Of a stretch of 24,781 nucleotides of DNA, positions 7,962-16,856 are shown piece by piece (the first letter of the stretch is position 1; each line of letters starts with the position of its first letter). The notes under the pieces were generated by a model. The model was given only the letters and a program-made list of their open reading frames with translations, was not told where the DNA came from and searched no databases. This DNA is from Gemmatimonadales bacterium. GTDB taxonomy: Bacteria > Gemmatimonadota > Gemmatimonadetes > Gemmatimonadales > GWC2-71-9. The stretch lies in NCBI GenBank assembly GCA_041577295.1, contig JBFGJG010000056.1, forward strand, positions 1 to 24,781. The letters run 5' to 3'. The position numbers were made by a program, and so were the translations under genes.

Positions 7962-8290
7962 TGCTGCTGCTCCTGGGGGCGCAAACGGCGTGAATGGACA
8001 CTCCGCACATCCGGTATGACGAAACTCAGGAGGCGTTGAACACACGGCCGCTGGGCGGCCCATCGGAAACAAGCAAGAGGCGTGCCGTAACCTACTCTCG
8101 TGTAAGCAGTTGTCCGGCCATCAGTTCAGCGCTTGCTTCGTGTCGATCCCCGATGACAGCATTCGGAAAACGCGAGTTGGCGGGCGGAGTGCGGGCGAAG
8201 CCTTTTGCAGTGGGGCAGCCTCCTGAGCGATCTTTGCGATGACAACGCGACCGTCAAACCTTTTGCGGGGTGGCCCCGGAGGTAATGACA

Positions 8291-9490
8291 GTGACGTCTT
8301 CCAAGGGAACAATCGGAATCCTCACAGGTGGCGGTGATGTCCCCGGTCTCAACCCGGCCATTCGCGCAATCACCGTACGAGCAGTCCGGGAAGGATACCG
8401 CGTGATAGGAATTCGGCATGGGTGGGCCGGTTTGGTCGACCTGGTGCCTGATACGAATGCCGACAACAGCGCTCACGTGCAGGTCCTCACCGAGGAAGTG
8501 GTCAATCGCGCCGCGCGGACGGGCGGGACGTTTCTCCACACGTCGCGCACACTTCCCAGCAAGCTCCCACGCAACGCGGTCCCCCTCTATGTGAAGGATC
8601 GATATACAGAGGAGCGCAACGACGTCACAGCCACCGTACTGAGCAACATCGAGTTTCTCGGTCTCGACTACCTGATCCCCATAGGTGGGGACGATACACT
8701 GAGCTACGCGGTTCGCCTCCACGAGGAGGGCGTCAAGCTCGTAGCGATCCCAAAGACGATGGACAATGACGTGCCAGGAACGGACTACTGCATTGGGTTC
8801 AGCACGTGCGTAGCCCGCACGATCGAGTTCACCCATATGCTCCGTACCACGGCCGGCTCGCACGAGCGTTTTTTGGTGATCGAGGTGTTTGGGCGCTATG
8901 CGGGGTTCACCGCGCTATTGCCTACGATGGCTGGGGCCGCGGATCGCTGTGTGATTCCCGAGTATCCCTTCGATGTGGAACAACTCACGGAGCTTCTCTC
9001 GGAAGACCGCAAGCGCAACCCGAGCCGTTACTCGGTGGTTTTAGTCTCAGAAGGCGCGCGGATCAAGGGCGATACCGACATGTCGTTTACGGGAACAGAG
9101 AAGGACCAATACGGTCACCGTAAGCTCGGCGGCATCGGCGACCGCGTCGCGGCGAGACTCAAGGAGCTGTCTCCTTCGTACAATCAGGGACGCCGCGTCG
9201 ACATCGTCAAACAAACCCTTGGATATCTCGTCCGTTGCGGCGCGCCCGATGCCCTCGACGCCATTGTCCCGATGGCTTATGGCAATTTGGCGCTCGACCT
9301 GATTCTCTCGGGAACCACGGCGCGTCTGGTCTGCGTGCGAAACGGTGTTTACGACAGTGTGCCAATCGACGTCGTGACAGGTCGAAAGAAAGTGGTCGAC
9401 GTGCACAAGCACTACAACGTCGATCGGCTACGCCCCGCATATAAGACGCTGATTCGCCAACCGCTCTTCATCATGACCAGTAACGTCTGA
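8291..9490 (+). CDS. pfkA: 6-phosphofructokinase (PfkA family; PPi-dependent signature)
   Basis: ILTGGGDVPGLN, TGGTFLHTSR, GGDDT, PKTMDND, EVFGR, LGYLVRCG. GGAGG at 8278-8282 favours GTG 8291; alternative ATG 8285. Confidence 0.93.
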   Translation: MTSSKGTIGILTGGGDVPGLNPAIRAITVRAVREGYRVIGIRHGWAGLVDLVPDTNADNSAHVQVLTEEVVNRAARTGGTFLHTSRTLPSKLPRNAVPLYVKDRYTEERNDVTATVLSNIEFLGLDYLIPIGGDDTLSYAVRLHEEGVKLVAIPKTMDNDVPGTDYCIGFSTCVARTIEFTHMLRTTAGSHERFLVIEVFGRYAGFTALLPTMAGAADRCVIPEYPFDVEQLTELLSEDRKRNPSRYSVVLVSEGARIKGDTDMSFTGTEKDQYGHRKLGGIGDRVAARLKELSPSYNQGRRVDIVKQTLGYLVRCGAPDALDAIVPMAYGNLALDLILSGTTARLVCVRNGVYDSVPIDVVTGRKKVVDVHKHYNVDRLRPAYKTLIRQPLFIMTSNV

Positions 9491-9573
9491 GATAGTGCGT
9501 GTACCAGTAGCCTTTGAGAGCGGTGGTTGGGAGCCTTGGGGAACGAATTAAACCGTACGGCGTTTCACAGGTG

Positions 9574-10248
9574 ATGCAATCAAACTCGGCCGGTCTACGG
9601 ACAGTCATTTTCGTCCTGTCGCTAGCGGGCACGATGGAGTCAGCTGTGGTTGGCGGGTTGCGCGCCCAGCACGTGGACGCCACGTCCCTGGCGCCGGGAC
9701 AGCACATCGTGATGTACACCCTGCTCGAAAAGACAATCTTCAAGGTCGACGTCCTCACGCTCGAGGTCCGTTTTGGTGAACCGGCGGCCCAACGTCTTGC
9801 AGCGCTCGCCAGAAACCGCCAGCTCACTAAGGGTCTCGCTGATTCGATTGCCAGCGCCGCTCTCGAAGCCGATGACGTCCTTGCGCATATCCGATTCGAA
9901 CGGAACGTGAGCCTCGAGCAATTCGTGAACGCAGTGCGGAACAATGCGGCTGCTGCACGAGATGCTGGAATCATCAGCGAGATCGAGTTTGCCGAGATCG
10001 CTCGCGGACTGCCGGTGTGGTATCGCTTTCTCGCCGATACCGGAATCAAAGATGGGGACGAGATGCTCTACAGGATCCGTGGAGATACGTTGCGCACTGT
10101 CTACCGGACGGCGGATGGCGACGTCAAACTGGATCAGACTGACGTGGGCGCGTCCCGACGCCTCTCGGTCATGGGTGGGTACTTCGCACCAAAATCGGAT
10201 TTCCGCAAAGGGCTGATCGCGTCGCTCTTCAGGAGGATCGACTCCTAG
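9574..10248 (+). CDS. Exported hypothetical protein, possibly chalcone-isomerase-like fold
   Basis: Long ORF filling the gap between pfk and the BNR gene; hydrophobic N-terminal segment ending LRA-Q. Start uncertain (9514, 9571 or 9574). Fold guess is by pattern only. Confidence 0.65.
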   Translation: MQSNSAGLRTVIFVLSLAGTMESAVVGGLRAQHVDATSLAPGQHIVMYTLLEKTIFKVDVLTLEVRFGEPAAQRLAALARNRQLTKGLADSIASAALEADDVLAHIRFERNVSLEQFVNAVRNNAAAARDAGIISEIEFAEIARGLPVWYRFLADTGIKDGDEMLYRIRGDTLRTVYRTADGDVKLDQTDVGASRRLSVMGGYFAPKSDFRKGLIASLFRRIDS

Positions 10249-10312
10249 TACGCTGGCAGAGTTACGCAAAAAGTGATAAAACTGCCGGCACACCGCCAAC
10301 GGAGTCTGATCG

Positions 10313-13273
10313 ATGTTGTACCGGTTCGGTCCGCTCGTTTTTGTCGCCTTCCTCATGGTTCCTCCAGCGGTGGCACAGCGACCCCGACCACAGGGTCCCG
10401 CTGATGCTATCGCTCGCCGTGCTTCGTGGGAGCGTCACCGCACCCTCGAGCAGTCGACTATCTTCTCAGGCCTTGCATGGCGCAACGTAGGCCCAGCCGT
10501 ACAGGGTGGTCGCTTGGTGGATATCGAAGGCGTGCCGGGCGAGCCATATAGCTTCTACGTTGCCTACGCTTCGGGCGGCGTCTGGAAGACCACCAACAAC
10601 GGAGTGTCGTTCGAGCCGCTGTTCGACGAGCAGCCCACCAGCATCATCGGCGACATCGCGCTCGATCCTTCAAACCCGCAAACCATCTATGTCGGCACGG
10701 GCGAGAATAACTCCTCGAGGTCGTCGTATGGCGGGGCAGGCGTGTTTCGATCGGATGACGGCGGAGCGACATGGCGACCCATCGGTCTCGACGATTCCGA
10801 TCGGATAGGACGCGTCCTGGTCGATCCCGAAAACCCGCGAAGGCTGTTCGTCGCGGCACTCGGTAAGCTCTATAGCCCCGGGGGCCAGCGGGGGGTGTTT
10901 CGCAGTCTCGACGCTGGCGAAACGTGGACACAGGTCCTCCGCGGTGATTCGACCACTGGCTTCGCGGATCTGACGTTCGAGCCGGGTAACTCACGCGTGA
11001 TCTATGCCGCTGCCTGGGAGCGGTCGCGCCGGCCGTGGAACTTCGTCGAGGGTGGACTCGGCAGCGGTATTTACAAGTCGGTGGATGGTGGGACCAGCTG
11101 GCAACGACTTGCCGGCGGGTTCCCGCGAGGCGAGCATGTCGGCCGAATTGGTCTGACGGTTTCGCTTTCCAATCCACGCGTCATCTACGCATCGGTAGAC
11201 AACCAGGCACCGCTGCCCGAGGACGAGTGGGATCTCGGAGATGGAGCCATAACGGCCAAGCGACTCCGCGGTATGAGCAAGGAGGACTTTCTCTTGCAGG
11301 ATCCTGAGGAAATCGAGGACTTTCTTCGTGAGTACGACCTCGATCCGCGGCTGGATGCACCGACACTCCTCGCTGCCGTCAGCGCCGATTCCATCACCGT
11401 GCAGGATTTGCTCACAGCGCTCGAGAATGCCAACCGGCAGCTCTTCGAAACGGACATCCGTGGGATAGAGGTCTGGCGGTCAAATGATGCCGGCGCATCC
11501 TGGCGTCGTACGAACCCGGAACCGATACGCGACGTCGTGTACACGTATGGCTATTACTTTGGACAGATTCGCGTCGCACCGGACGATCCCGAACGTATCT
11601 ACATCTTGGGTGTGCCGCTGATCGAATCACGCGATGGAGGTGCCACCTTTCGGCAGATCGCGGGCCGCCGCGTTCACGCCGATCACCAGGCGTTCTGGAT
11701 CGATCCAATGTTCCCGCAGCGCATCATCATCGGAAACGACGGCGGTCTCGACATGAGCTTCGATGGTGGTGAGTCGTGGCTCAGTCTCAACTCGACAGCA
11801 GTGGGACAGTTCTATACGGTCGCCGTGGACATGGCCGAGCCGTACAACATCTACGGTGGGCTACAAGACAATGGGGTCTTGAAAGGGTCCAGTCGCACGC
11901 GACTCGGCATCACCAACGACTGGGAAAGGGTTGGCGGGGGTGACGGGATGTACGTGCAGATCGATCCACGTGATAACAGGACCGTCTACTGGGGGTTTCA
12001 GTTCGGCAATTACTTTCGTCAGGGACCCGATGGACGGGGGCGCGTGAAACCGCGAAACGGGATCAAAGAGACGCCGCTGCGTTACAACTGGTCTTCTCCC
12101 ATTGTACTGTCGACCCACAACCACGATGTGCTCTACTTTGGTGCCAACCGTGTGTACCGATCGATGGACAAGGGCGAGACGTGGACTGCCATCAGTGATG
12201 ATCTCACGCGCAGTCCGAACCGCGGCGACGTTCCCTTCGCTACGATCACGACGTTGGCCGAGTCACCGCAAGCCTTTGGACTGCTGTGGGCAGGGACTGA
12301 TGATGGCTACGTGCACGTGACACGTGGTGGCTTCTCGTGGACGGATGTATCGAGGGGCCTTCCATCGGACCGCTGGGTCTCACGCGTCGAACCATCGAAC
12401 CACGTTGAGAATCGTGCCTATGTGAGTCTCAATGGATATCGTGACGATGATATCACTCCCTACCTGTTCCGAACGGACGATCTTGGCGCAACGTGGCGTA
12501 GCATCGCATCGGGATTGCCGGCCGAGCCGATCAATGTGGTGCGAGAGGACCCCGGCAATGCGGCAGTCCTTTACGTTGGCACCGATCGTGGTGCGTATGT
12601 GTCGTTGGACACGGGTACGACTTGGCAAGTCGCCGGCAGCGGCCTACCGCACGTTGCGGTCCACGATCTCGTGATCCATCCGCGGGATCGGGAATTGGTG
12701 GCGGGAACGCACGGAAGGAGTGTATGGGTATTGGATGTTCTGCCGGTGCAGGAATTGTCTTCTGACGTTCGCCAATCAGCCATCCATGTGTTTCCCATCG
12801 AGCCGCTCACGTTTGAGCGCAGCTGGCGATCCCGTCGATCGCGATGGTTTTTCCGCGAAGAAGATGCGCCGTATCGGGACATTCCGTTTTGGGTGCGTGA
12901 AGCCAGCGACGTCGAGTGGAGCATTTTGGATTCGGAAGGGAGACCGCTGCGCCGGGGTCACCTGGTGGCCCCGACGGGTGTGAACACCCTGCGCTGGGAT
13001 CTGTTGTTGGACTCGGATCTGGCCCTCGAAGCGGAACGACAGCGCGTCGGCGATGCGGCGGATACGAGCAAGGCGAGCATTCCATGGGCGGAGACGGTGC
13101 GACTAGAGCGTCCGCTGTACGTGACCCCGGGTACCTATAGGGTTCAGGTGTCCAGCGGTGCGGCGTCTGCTGAGGCAGAGTTTGAGATCAAATCACCCAA
13201 GGTACGAGAGCCGAGGGTCAATCCACCACCGCGGCGTCGCGGCGAGCAGGAAAAGAAAAAGGGGCGTCCTTAG
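10313..13273 (+). CDS. Secreted VPS10/sortilin-like BNR (Asp-box) beta-propeller protein, putative glycosyl hydrolase
   Basis: Signal peptide ending AVA-Q; WRNVGPAVQGGR; about 11 Asp-box repeats (RSDDGGATW, RSLDAGETW, KSVDGGTSW etc.); HADHQ, GGLQDNG, GGGDG, AGTHGRS; C-terminal Ig-like domain. Confidence 0.88.
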   Translation: MLYRFGPLVFVAFLMVPPAVAQRPRPQGPADAIARRASWERHRTLEQSTIFSGLAWRNVGPAVQGGRLVDIEGVPGEPYSFYVAYASGGVWKTTNNGVSFEPLFDEQPTSIIGDIALDPSNPQTIYVGTGENNSSRSSYGGAGVFRSDDGGATWRPIGLDDSDRIGRVLVDPENPRRLFVAALGKLYSPGGQRGVFRSLDAGETWTQVLRGDSTTGFADLTFEPGNSRVIYAAAWERSRRPWNFVEGGLGSGIYKSVDGGTSWQRLAGGFPRGEHVGRIGLTVSLSNPRVIYASVDNQAPLPEDEWDLGDGAITAKRLRGMSKEDFLLQDPEEIEDFLREYDLDPRLDAPTLLAAVSADSITVQDLLTALENANRQLFETDIRGIEVWRSNDAGASWRRTNPEPIRDVVYTYGYYFGQIRVAPDDPERIYILGVPLIESRDGGATFRQIAGRRVHADHQAFWIDPMFPQRIIIGNDGGLDMSFDGGESWLSLNSTAVGQFYTVAVDMAEPYNIYGGLQDNGVLKGSSRTRLGITNDWERVGGGDGMYVQIDPRDNRTVYWGFQFGNYFRQGPDGRGRVKPRNGIKETPLRYNWSSPIVLSTHNHDVLYFGANRVYRSMDKGETWTAISDDLTRSPNRGDVPFATITTLAESPQAFGLLWAGTDDGYVHVTRGGFSWTDVSRGLPSDRWVSRVEPSNHVENRAYVSLNGYRDDDITPYLFRTDDLGATWRSIASGLPAEPINVVREDPGNAAVLYVGTDRGAYVSLDTGTTWQVAGSGLPHVAVHDLVIHPRDRELVAGTHGRSVWVLDVLPVQELSSDVRQSAIHVFPIEPLTFERSWRSRRSRWFFREEDAPYRDIPFWVREASDVEWSILDSEGRPLRRGHLVAPTGVNTLRWDLLLDSDLALEAERQRVGDAADTSKASIPWAETVRLERPLYVTPGTYRVQVSSGAASAEAEFEIKSPKVREPRVNPPPRRRGEQEKKKGRP

Positions 13274-14199
13274 CGCTCGAGGGTTTCGAGCAGCTGTTCA
13301 ACCTCGGCACGCGTTGGAAGTGAAGGTTGCGCACCCGGCCGTGTCACGGCTGCCGCGCCCGCGGTCGTTGCAAAGCGGACAGCATCGATGTGCGGCATGC
13401 CACTCGCAAGGCCCACAGCGAGCGCTCCGTTGAATGCATCACCAGCGCCCGTGCTGTCCACTGGAATCACCGCGGGCCCATGCACGTGCTTGCAACCGGC
13501 TTCGGTGGCGAGGAGCGCTCCATCTGCAGCCAGAGTGATCACCACAGTAGGCACCCCACGTCTGCGCAGTGCTTCGGCGGCTCGTCGCGCCGAGAGGTCG
13601 TCTCCCACGGTCATCGCAGTGAGCAAGCCCGCCTCGGATTGGTTGGGGGTAAGCACTGACACTGATCTGAGCAGGGCGCGCTCGAATATCCGGGCCGGTG
13701 CAGGGTTGAGTATGACCGGTGTTGCTGCGGCACGAGCGATCTCGAGGGCGCGCTTCACCGCCTCGAGTGGGATTTCGAGCTGAAGCAAGACCACGTCGGC
13801 CGCCTGTATGTGCCCATCGATACCATCGAGATCCTCGGGACACAGGCGCCCGTTGGCGCCTGGTGCAACCGCGATCGCGTTCTCGCCGTCCGAGCCCACA
13901 ACGATCAGCGCGACGCCGGAGGGGGCATCGTCGTCTCTGACCACACGGCTCACGTCGATCCCCTCCCGCTCGAGCCCCTGGAGAGCCGCTTCGCCAAATG
14001 CGTCGGTCCCAACCCGGCCAACGAAGCTGACATCGGCGCCGAGGCGTGCGGCCGCCACTGCCTGGTTGGCGCCCTTACCTCCGGCCGCAGTAAGGAACGA
14101 CCCGCCCAAGACGGTTTCGCCTGGTGCGGGAATGTGGTCTGCACGGATCACGAGATCCGTATTTGAGCTACCGATGACCACTATGCGGGGGCGGCTCAT
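13270..14199 (-). CDS. rbsK: Ribokinase
   Basis: VVIGSSNTD, PAPGET, GGKGANQAVAAARLG, GENAI, LLQLEIP, NPAPA, PNQSEA, DSTGAGDAFNG. ATG 14199 overlaps the hydrolase stop (ATGA). Confidence 0.95.
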   Translation of the reverse strand: MSRPRIVVIGSSNTDLVIRADHIPAPGETVLGGSFLTAAGGKGANQAVAAARLGADVSFVGRVGTDAFGEAALQGLEREGIDVSRVVRDDDAPSGVALIVVGSDGENAIAVAPGANGRLCPEDLDGIDGHIQAADVVLLQLEIPLEAVKRALEIARAAATPVILNPAPARIFERALLRSVSVLTPNQSEAGLLTAMTVGDDLSARRAAEALRRRGVPTVVITLAADGALLATEAGCKHVHGPAVIPVDSTGAGDAFNGALAVGLASGMPHIDAVRFATTAGAAAVTRPGAQPSLPTRAEVEQLLETLER

Positions 14200-15194
14200 T
14201 CCATCGTGCCGGTTTCGGCCACCTTTGCCACGTCCCGCAGCGAGTCGTACAACAACGCCTTCCAACGTCGCACGTCAATCTCCCAGCACACAGTGGCATT
14301 CGGCGGGCCACGCCTGAACGCGTGCCAGGTCGGGTTTCTGACATCGTGCGTCACGCCCAGAGCGTCCACGACTGACATGCCGCGGGTGAGCTCGCTCGTC
14401 GTCTCGATGTCCACGTAATGATCACTCTTCCTCGTGCAAATGGTGGGGTCCAGCGCCACCGCCATTGCGACCGGATCCGGTAGGCCGAGCCCCGGATCGC
14501 TCGATTGTCGCTTTGTCGCTTCGAGCGCGGTTTTGTTGCAGTCGAGCGCGAAGTGTGCCAATGGCGTATCGAACCCTCGGATCATCTCCATCTCGGTGGA
14601 CAGGAGATTTGCTTCGTGTCTGCACAGCTCCCAGCCGACCATTTCGATGGGGAGGCCCGAGTGGAAGACGACCCGTGCAGCTTCGGGGTCTACCCACAGA
14701 TTGAACTCTGCCGCTGGAGTCACGTTGCCGACGGTGCAGGCGGCGCCACCCATCAGCACGCATCGATTTACACGGTCGATGATATCCGGCGCTCGTTCGA
14801 CAGCGAGCGCGATGTTCGTGAGCGGACCCAAGGTGACGAGCTCGATGCCTGGGTGCTTGCGAATCGTCGCGATGAGCGCATCCACCGCGTCTCCAGCCGC
14901 GGGTTTGCGCTGTGGGGGCGGGAAGTCCTGATCACCCAGGCCGTCCTGGCCATGGAAGAAGTGGGCGTACGAGGGAGGACGGCGCAACGGACGTTCGGCG
15001 CCCCTAAACACCGGGGTATCGGCACCGCACAACTCGACGGTGTAGAGCGCGTTTCGCAGCCCTTGGTCAACGGGCACATTGCCGGACACGACGGTGATCG
15101 CTGCTACTGTTACGTCGGGTGAGCGCAGCGCCATGATCAAGGCCACGGCATCGTCCGAGGCGGTGTCGGTATCGATCAAGAAGACGCGCGACAT
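14196..15194 (-). CDS. Nucleoside hydrolase (IU-NH family)
   Basis: IDTDTASDDA aspartate cluster, HGQDGLGD, LGPLTN, MGG, GNVTPAAEFN, DPEAA, TRGMSVVD. Confidence 0.93.
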   Translation of the reverse strand: MSRVFLIDTDTASDDAVALIMALRSPDVTVAAITVVSGNVPVDQGLRNALYTVELCGADTPVFRGAERPLRRPPSYAHFFHGQDGLGDQDFPPPQRKPAAGDAVDALIATIRKHPGIELVTLGPLTNIALAVERAPDIIDRVNRCVLMGGAACTVGNVTPAAEFNLWVDPEAARVVFHSGLPIEMVGWELCRHEANLLSTEMEMIRGFDTPLAHFALDCNKTALEATKRQSSDPGLGLPDPVAMAVALDPTICTRKSDHYVDIETTSELTRGMSVVDALGVTHDVRNPTWHAFRRGPPNATVCWEIDVRRWKALLYDSLRDVAKVAETGTME

Positions 15195-15197
15195 GCG

Positions 15198-16751
15198 CTA
15201 CGCCGAGCGCTGTACGCCCAGTCGTTTCATGCGGCTCTGTAGCGTTGAGGGTGGCAGGTCGAGCACGGCGGCTGCGCCGTCCGGCCCGTAAATTTTGCCC
15301 GCGGTTTTTTCGAGCACCCGCTCGATATACTCGCGCTCGTGCTCGCGCAGCGTTGGCAGATCCTTTGCCTTTGGCCGCTGCCCTTTGCGACCTCGCTCGG
15401 GCGCTTCGGGATCGACGGTCAATTCGCCGCCGGGTGGGCTGAACACACGAGCGCGCTCCAGGGTGTTGACCAGTTCGCGAACGTTGCCAGGCCAAGCGTA
15501 GCGCCGCATCCGGTCGAGCGACTTTGCGGCGATGGTCCACGGCCCTCTACCTGTGCGGTGACGAATCTCCTCCAGAATGTGCTCCACTAGAATTGGCAGG
15601 TCCTCGGGGCGTTCCCGCAACGGCGGCAAGTGAATCGGAAAGACATGCAGCCGATAGTACAAGTCCTCGCGAAAGGCGCCGTCCTCGATGGCCGCTTCGA
15701 GATCGACGTTGGTCGCCGCAAGGAGCCGCACGTCGACGTTGACCGTCTCATCGCTCCCCACTGGCTCGAACGCGCCCTCTTCGAGAACTCGTAGCAGCTT
15801 GACCTGTGTGGCGGCGGGGAGGTCGCCGATCTCGTCCAAAAAAAGCGTCCCACCGTCGGCCAGCCTAAACCGACCGGGGCGATCACGCACAGCTCCGGAA
15901 AAGGCTCCCCGGCGATGCCCAAAGAGCTCGCTCTCGATCAGGCTTTCCGGTAACGCGGCGCAATTGATCTTGATGAAGGGTTGTCCGGCCCGGTTGCTCC
16001 ACCCATGAATTGCGCGGGCGAGGACCTCCTTTCCCGTTCCGGTCTCGCCCGTGATGAGCACCGGAGCGTCGGTGATCGCGACTTGCTTTGCCATCCGGAC
16101 CAGGCGTCGCATGGCGCGGCTCTGGGACTTGTCCAACGCTGCACAAGCATCTGCGTGTGCGGACGTCTCCTCGACGAGGAGGCGGTTTTCCTCTTCGAGC
16201 CGTTCGCGCAGTTTCTCCAGTTGCTCCGCTTTGCGAACGGCCTCGAGGCCGAGACCTATGAGCACGCCGTAGACGGTAGCGATCTCGACAATCTCGGGCC
16301 GATAAACGTGTGGCTCCGCGGCAGTGAAGACCAACACGCCGAGTGGATCGTCACCGATCACAACCGGCACCATGAGACACGGATGATCGTGAGGAAGCTC
16401 GACGATCCCATTGAGCGGGTGGTCCTCTCGAGCAGTGTCGCCATCCGTATCCAGCAAGGCTGGGCGCGCCGTCTCCAGCACCCGCCGCAACGTCGGGTGC
16501 CGCTCGAGGGCAACCGTCGGATGAGGCCCATCCTGCAGCGCTCCTTCTCCGCGAGTGGTGCGCACCTCCAGCGTTTCCCCATCGAGCGTCAGGAATGCGG
16601 CGACGTGATACGGGATCGAGTCCTTCAAGGCCTCCAGCGCCTTGGCGATGAGCTGATCGATCTCCCCCGGTTGCCCGGCCAACTTCGCCAGCTGGCGCAC
16701 GACAGGAGGTGCTGGAGCACTCGCGGCGATTTGGTTTGTCCGCTCAGTCAT
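15198..16751 (-). CDS. Sigma54-dependent enhancer-binding protein, GAF-AAA+-HTH (NorR/FhlA-like)
   Basis: N-terminal GAF, coiled-coil linker, GETGTGKE, INCAAL, ESELFGH, GAFSGA, LFLDEIG, FREDLYYRL, WPGNVREL, Fis-type HTH (GAAAVLDLPPSTLQSRM). Start ATG 16751 or GTG 16754. Confidence 0.93.
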   Translation of the reverse strand: MTERTNQIAASAPAPPVVRQLAKLAGQPGEIDQLIAKALEALKDSIPYHVAAFLTLDGETLEVRTTRGEGALQDGPHPTVALERHPTLRRVLETARPALLDTDGDTAREDHPLNGIVELPHDHPCLMVPVVIGDDPLGVLVFTAAEPHVYRPEIVEIATVYGVLIGLGLEAVRKAEQLEKLRERLEEENRLLVEETSAHADACAALDKSQSRAMRRLVRMAKQVAITDAPVLITGETGTGKEVLARAIHGWSNRAGQPFIKINCAALPESLIESELFGHRRGAFSGAVRDRPGRFRLADGGTLFLDEIGDLPAATQVKLLRVLEEGAFEPVGSDETVNVDVRLLAATNVDLEAAIEDGAFREDLYYRLHVFPIHLPPLRERPEDLPILVEHILEEIRHRTGRGPWTIAAKSLDRMRRYAWPGNVRELVNTLERARVFSPPGGELTVDPEAPERGRKGQRPKAKDLPTLREHEREYIERVLEKTAGKIYGPDGAAAVLDLPPSTLQSRMKRLGVQRSA

Positions 16752-16756
16752 CACCT

Positions 16757-16782
16757 ATATATCGGTGTTATCACCGTTATTT
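16757..16782. promoter_or_regulatory. Inverted repeat, candidate enhancer/operator for the sigma54 activator
   Basis: Core CGGTG-TTAT-CACCG at 16763-16776 with imperfect AT-rich extension, about 65-80 bp upstream of the -24 element. Confidence 0.4.
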
Positions 16783-16840
16783 CAGTATCCGAGAGATTGG
16801 TGTTTTCTGTAAGTCTTTATATGTCAATTAACTGCGAGCA

Positions 16841-16856
16841 TGGCATGTCCTATGCT
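16841..16856 (+). promoter_or_regulatory. Sigma54 (-24/-12) promoter for dps-mscS
   Basis: TGGCATGTCCTATGCT: GG 16842-43 and GC 16854-55 with exact 10-nt spacing, next to a divergent bEBP gene. Confidence 0.75.

Noticed and set aside
8194..8209. Sigma54-like GG...TTGCA upstream of pfk
   Set aside because: GG-GC spacing is 11 nt rather than the required 10.
7994..8242. 82-aa + strand ORF or structured RNA in the TPR/pfk intergenic region
   Set aside because: No convincing RBS or motif; no riboswitch or ribozyme consensus recognised. An Rfam scan would settle it.
10253..10288. TGGCA..GC sigma54-like site and imperfect dyad before the BNR gene
   Set aside because: Spacing is 9 nt, and the dyad is too imperfect to call as terminator or operator.
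9640..10356. 238-aa - strand ORF
   Set aside because: Antisense to the more protein-like + strand ORF and overlaps the BNR gene start.
16822..16827. Perfect TTGACA (-35) on the - strand toward the activator
   Set aside because: No usable -10 at 16-18 nt spacing (AACACC at 17).
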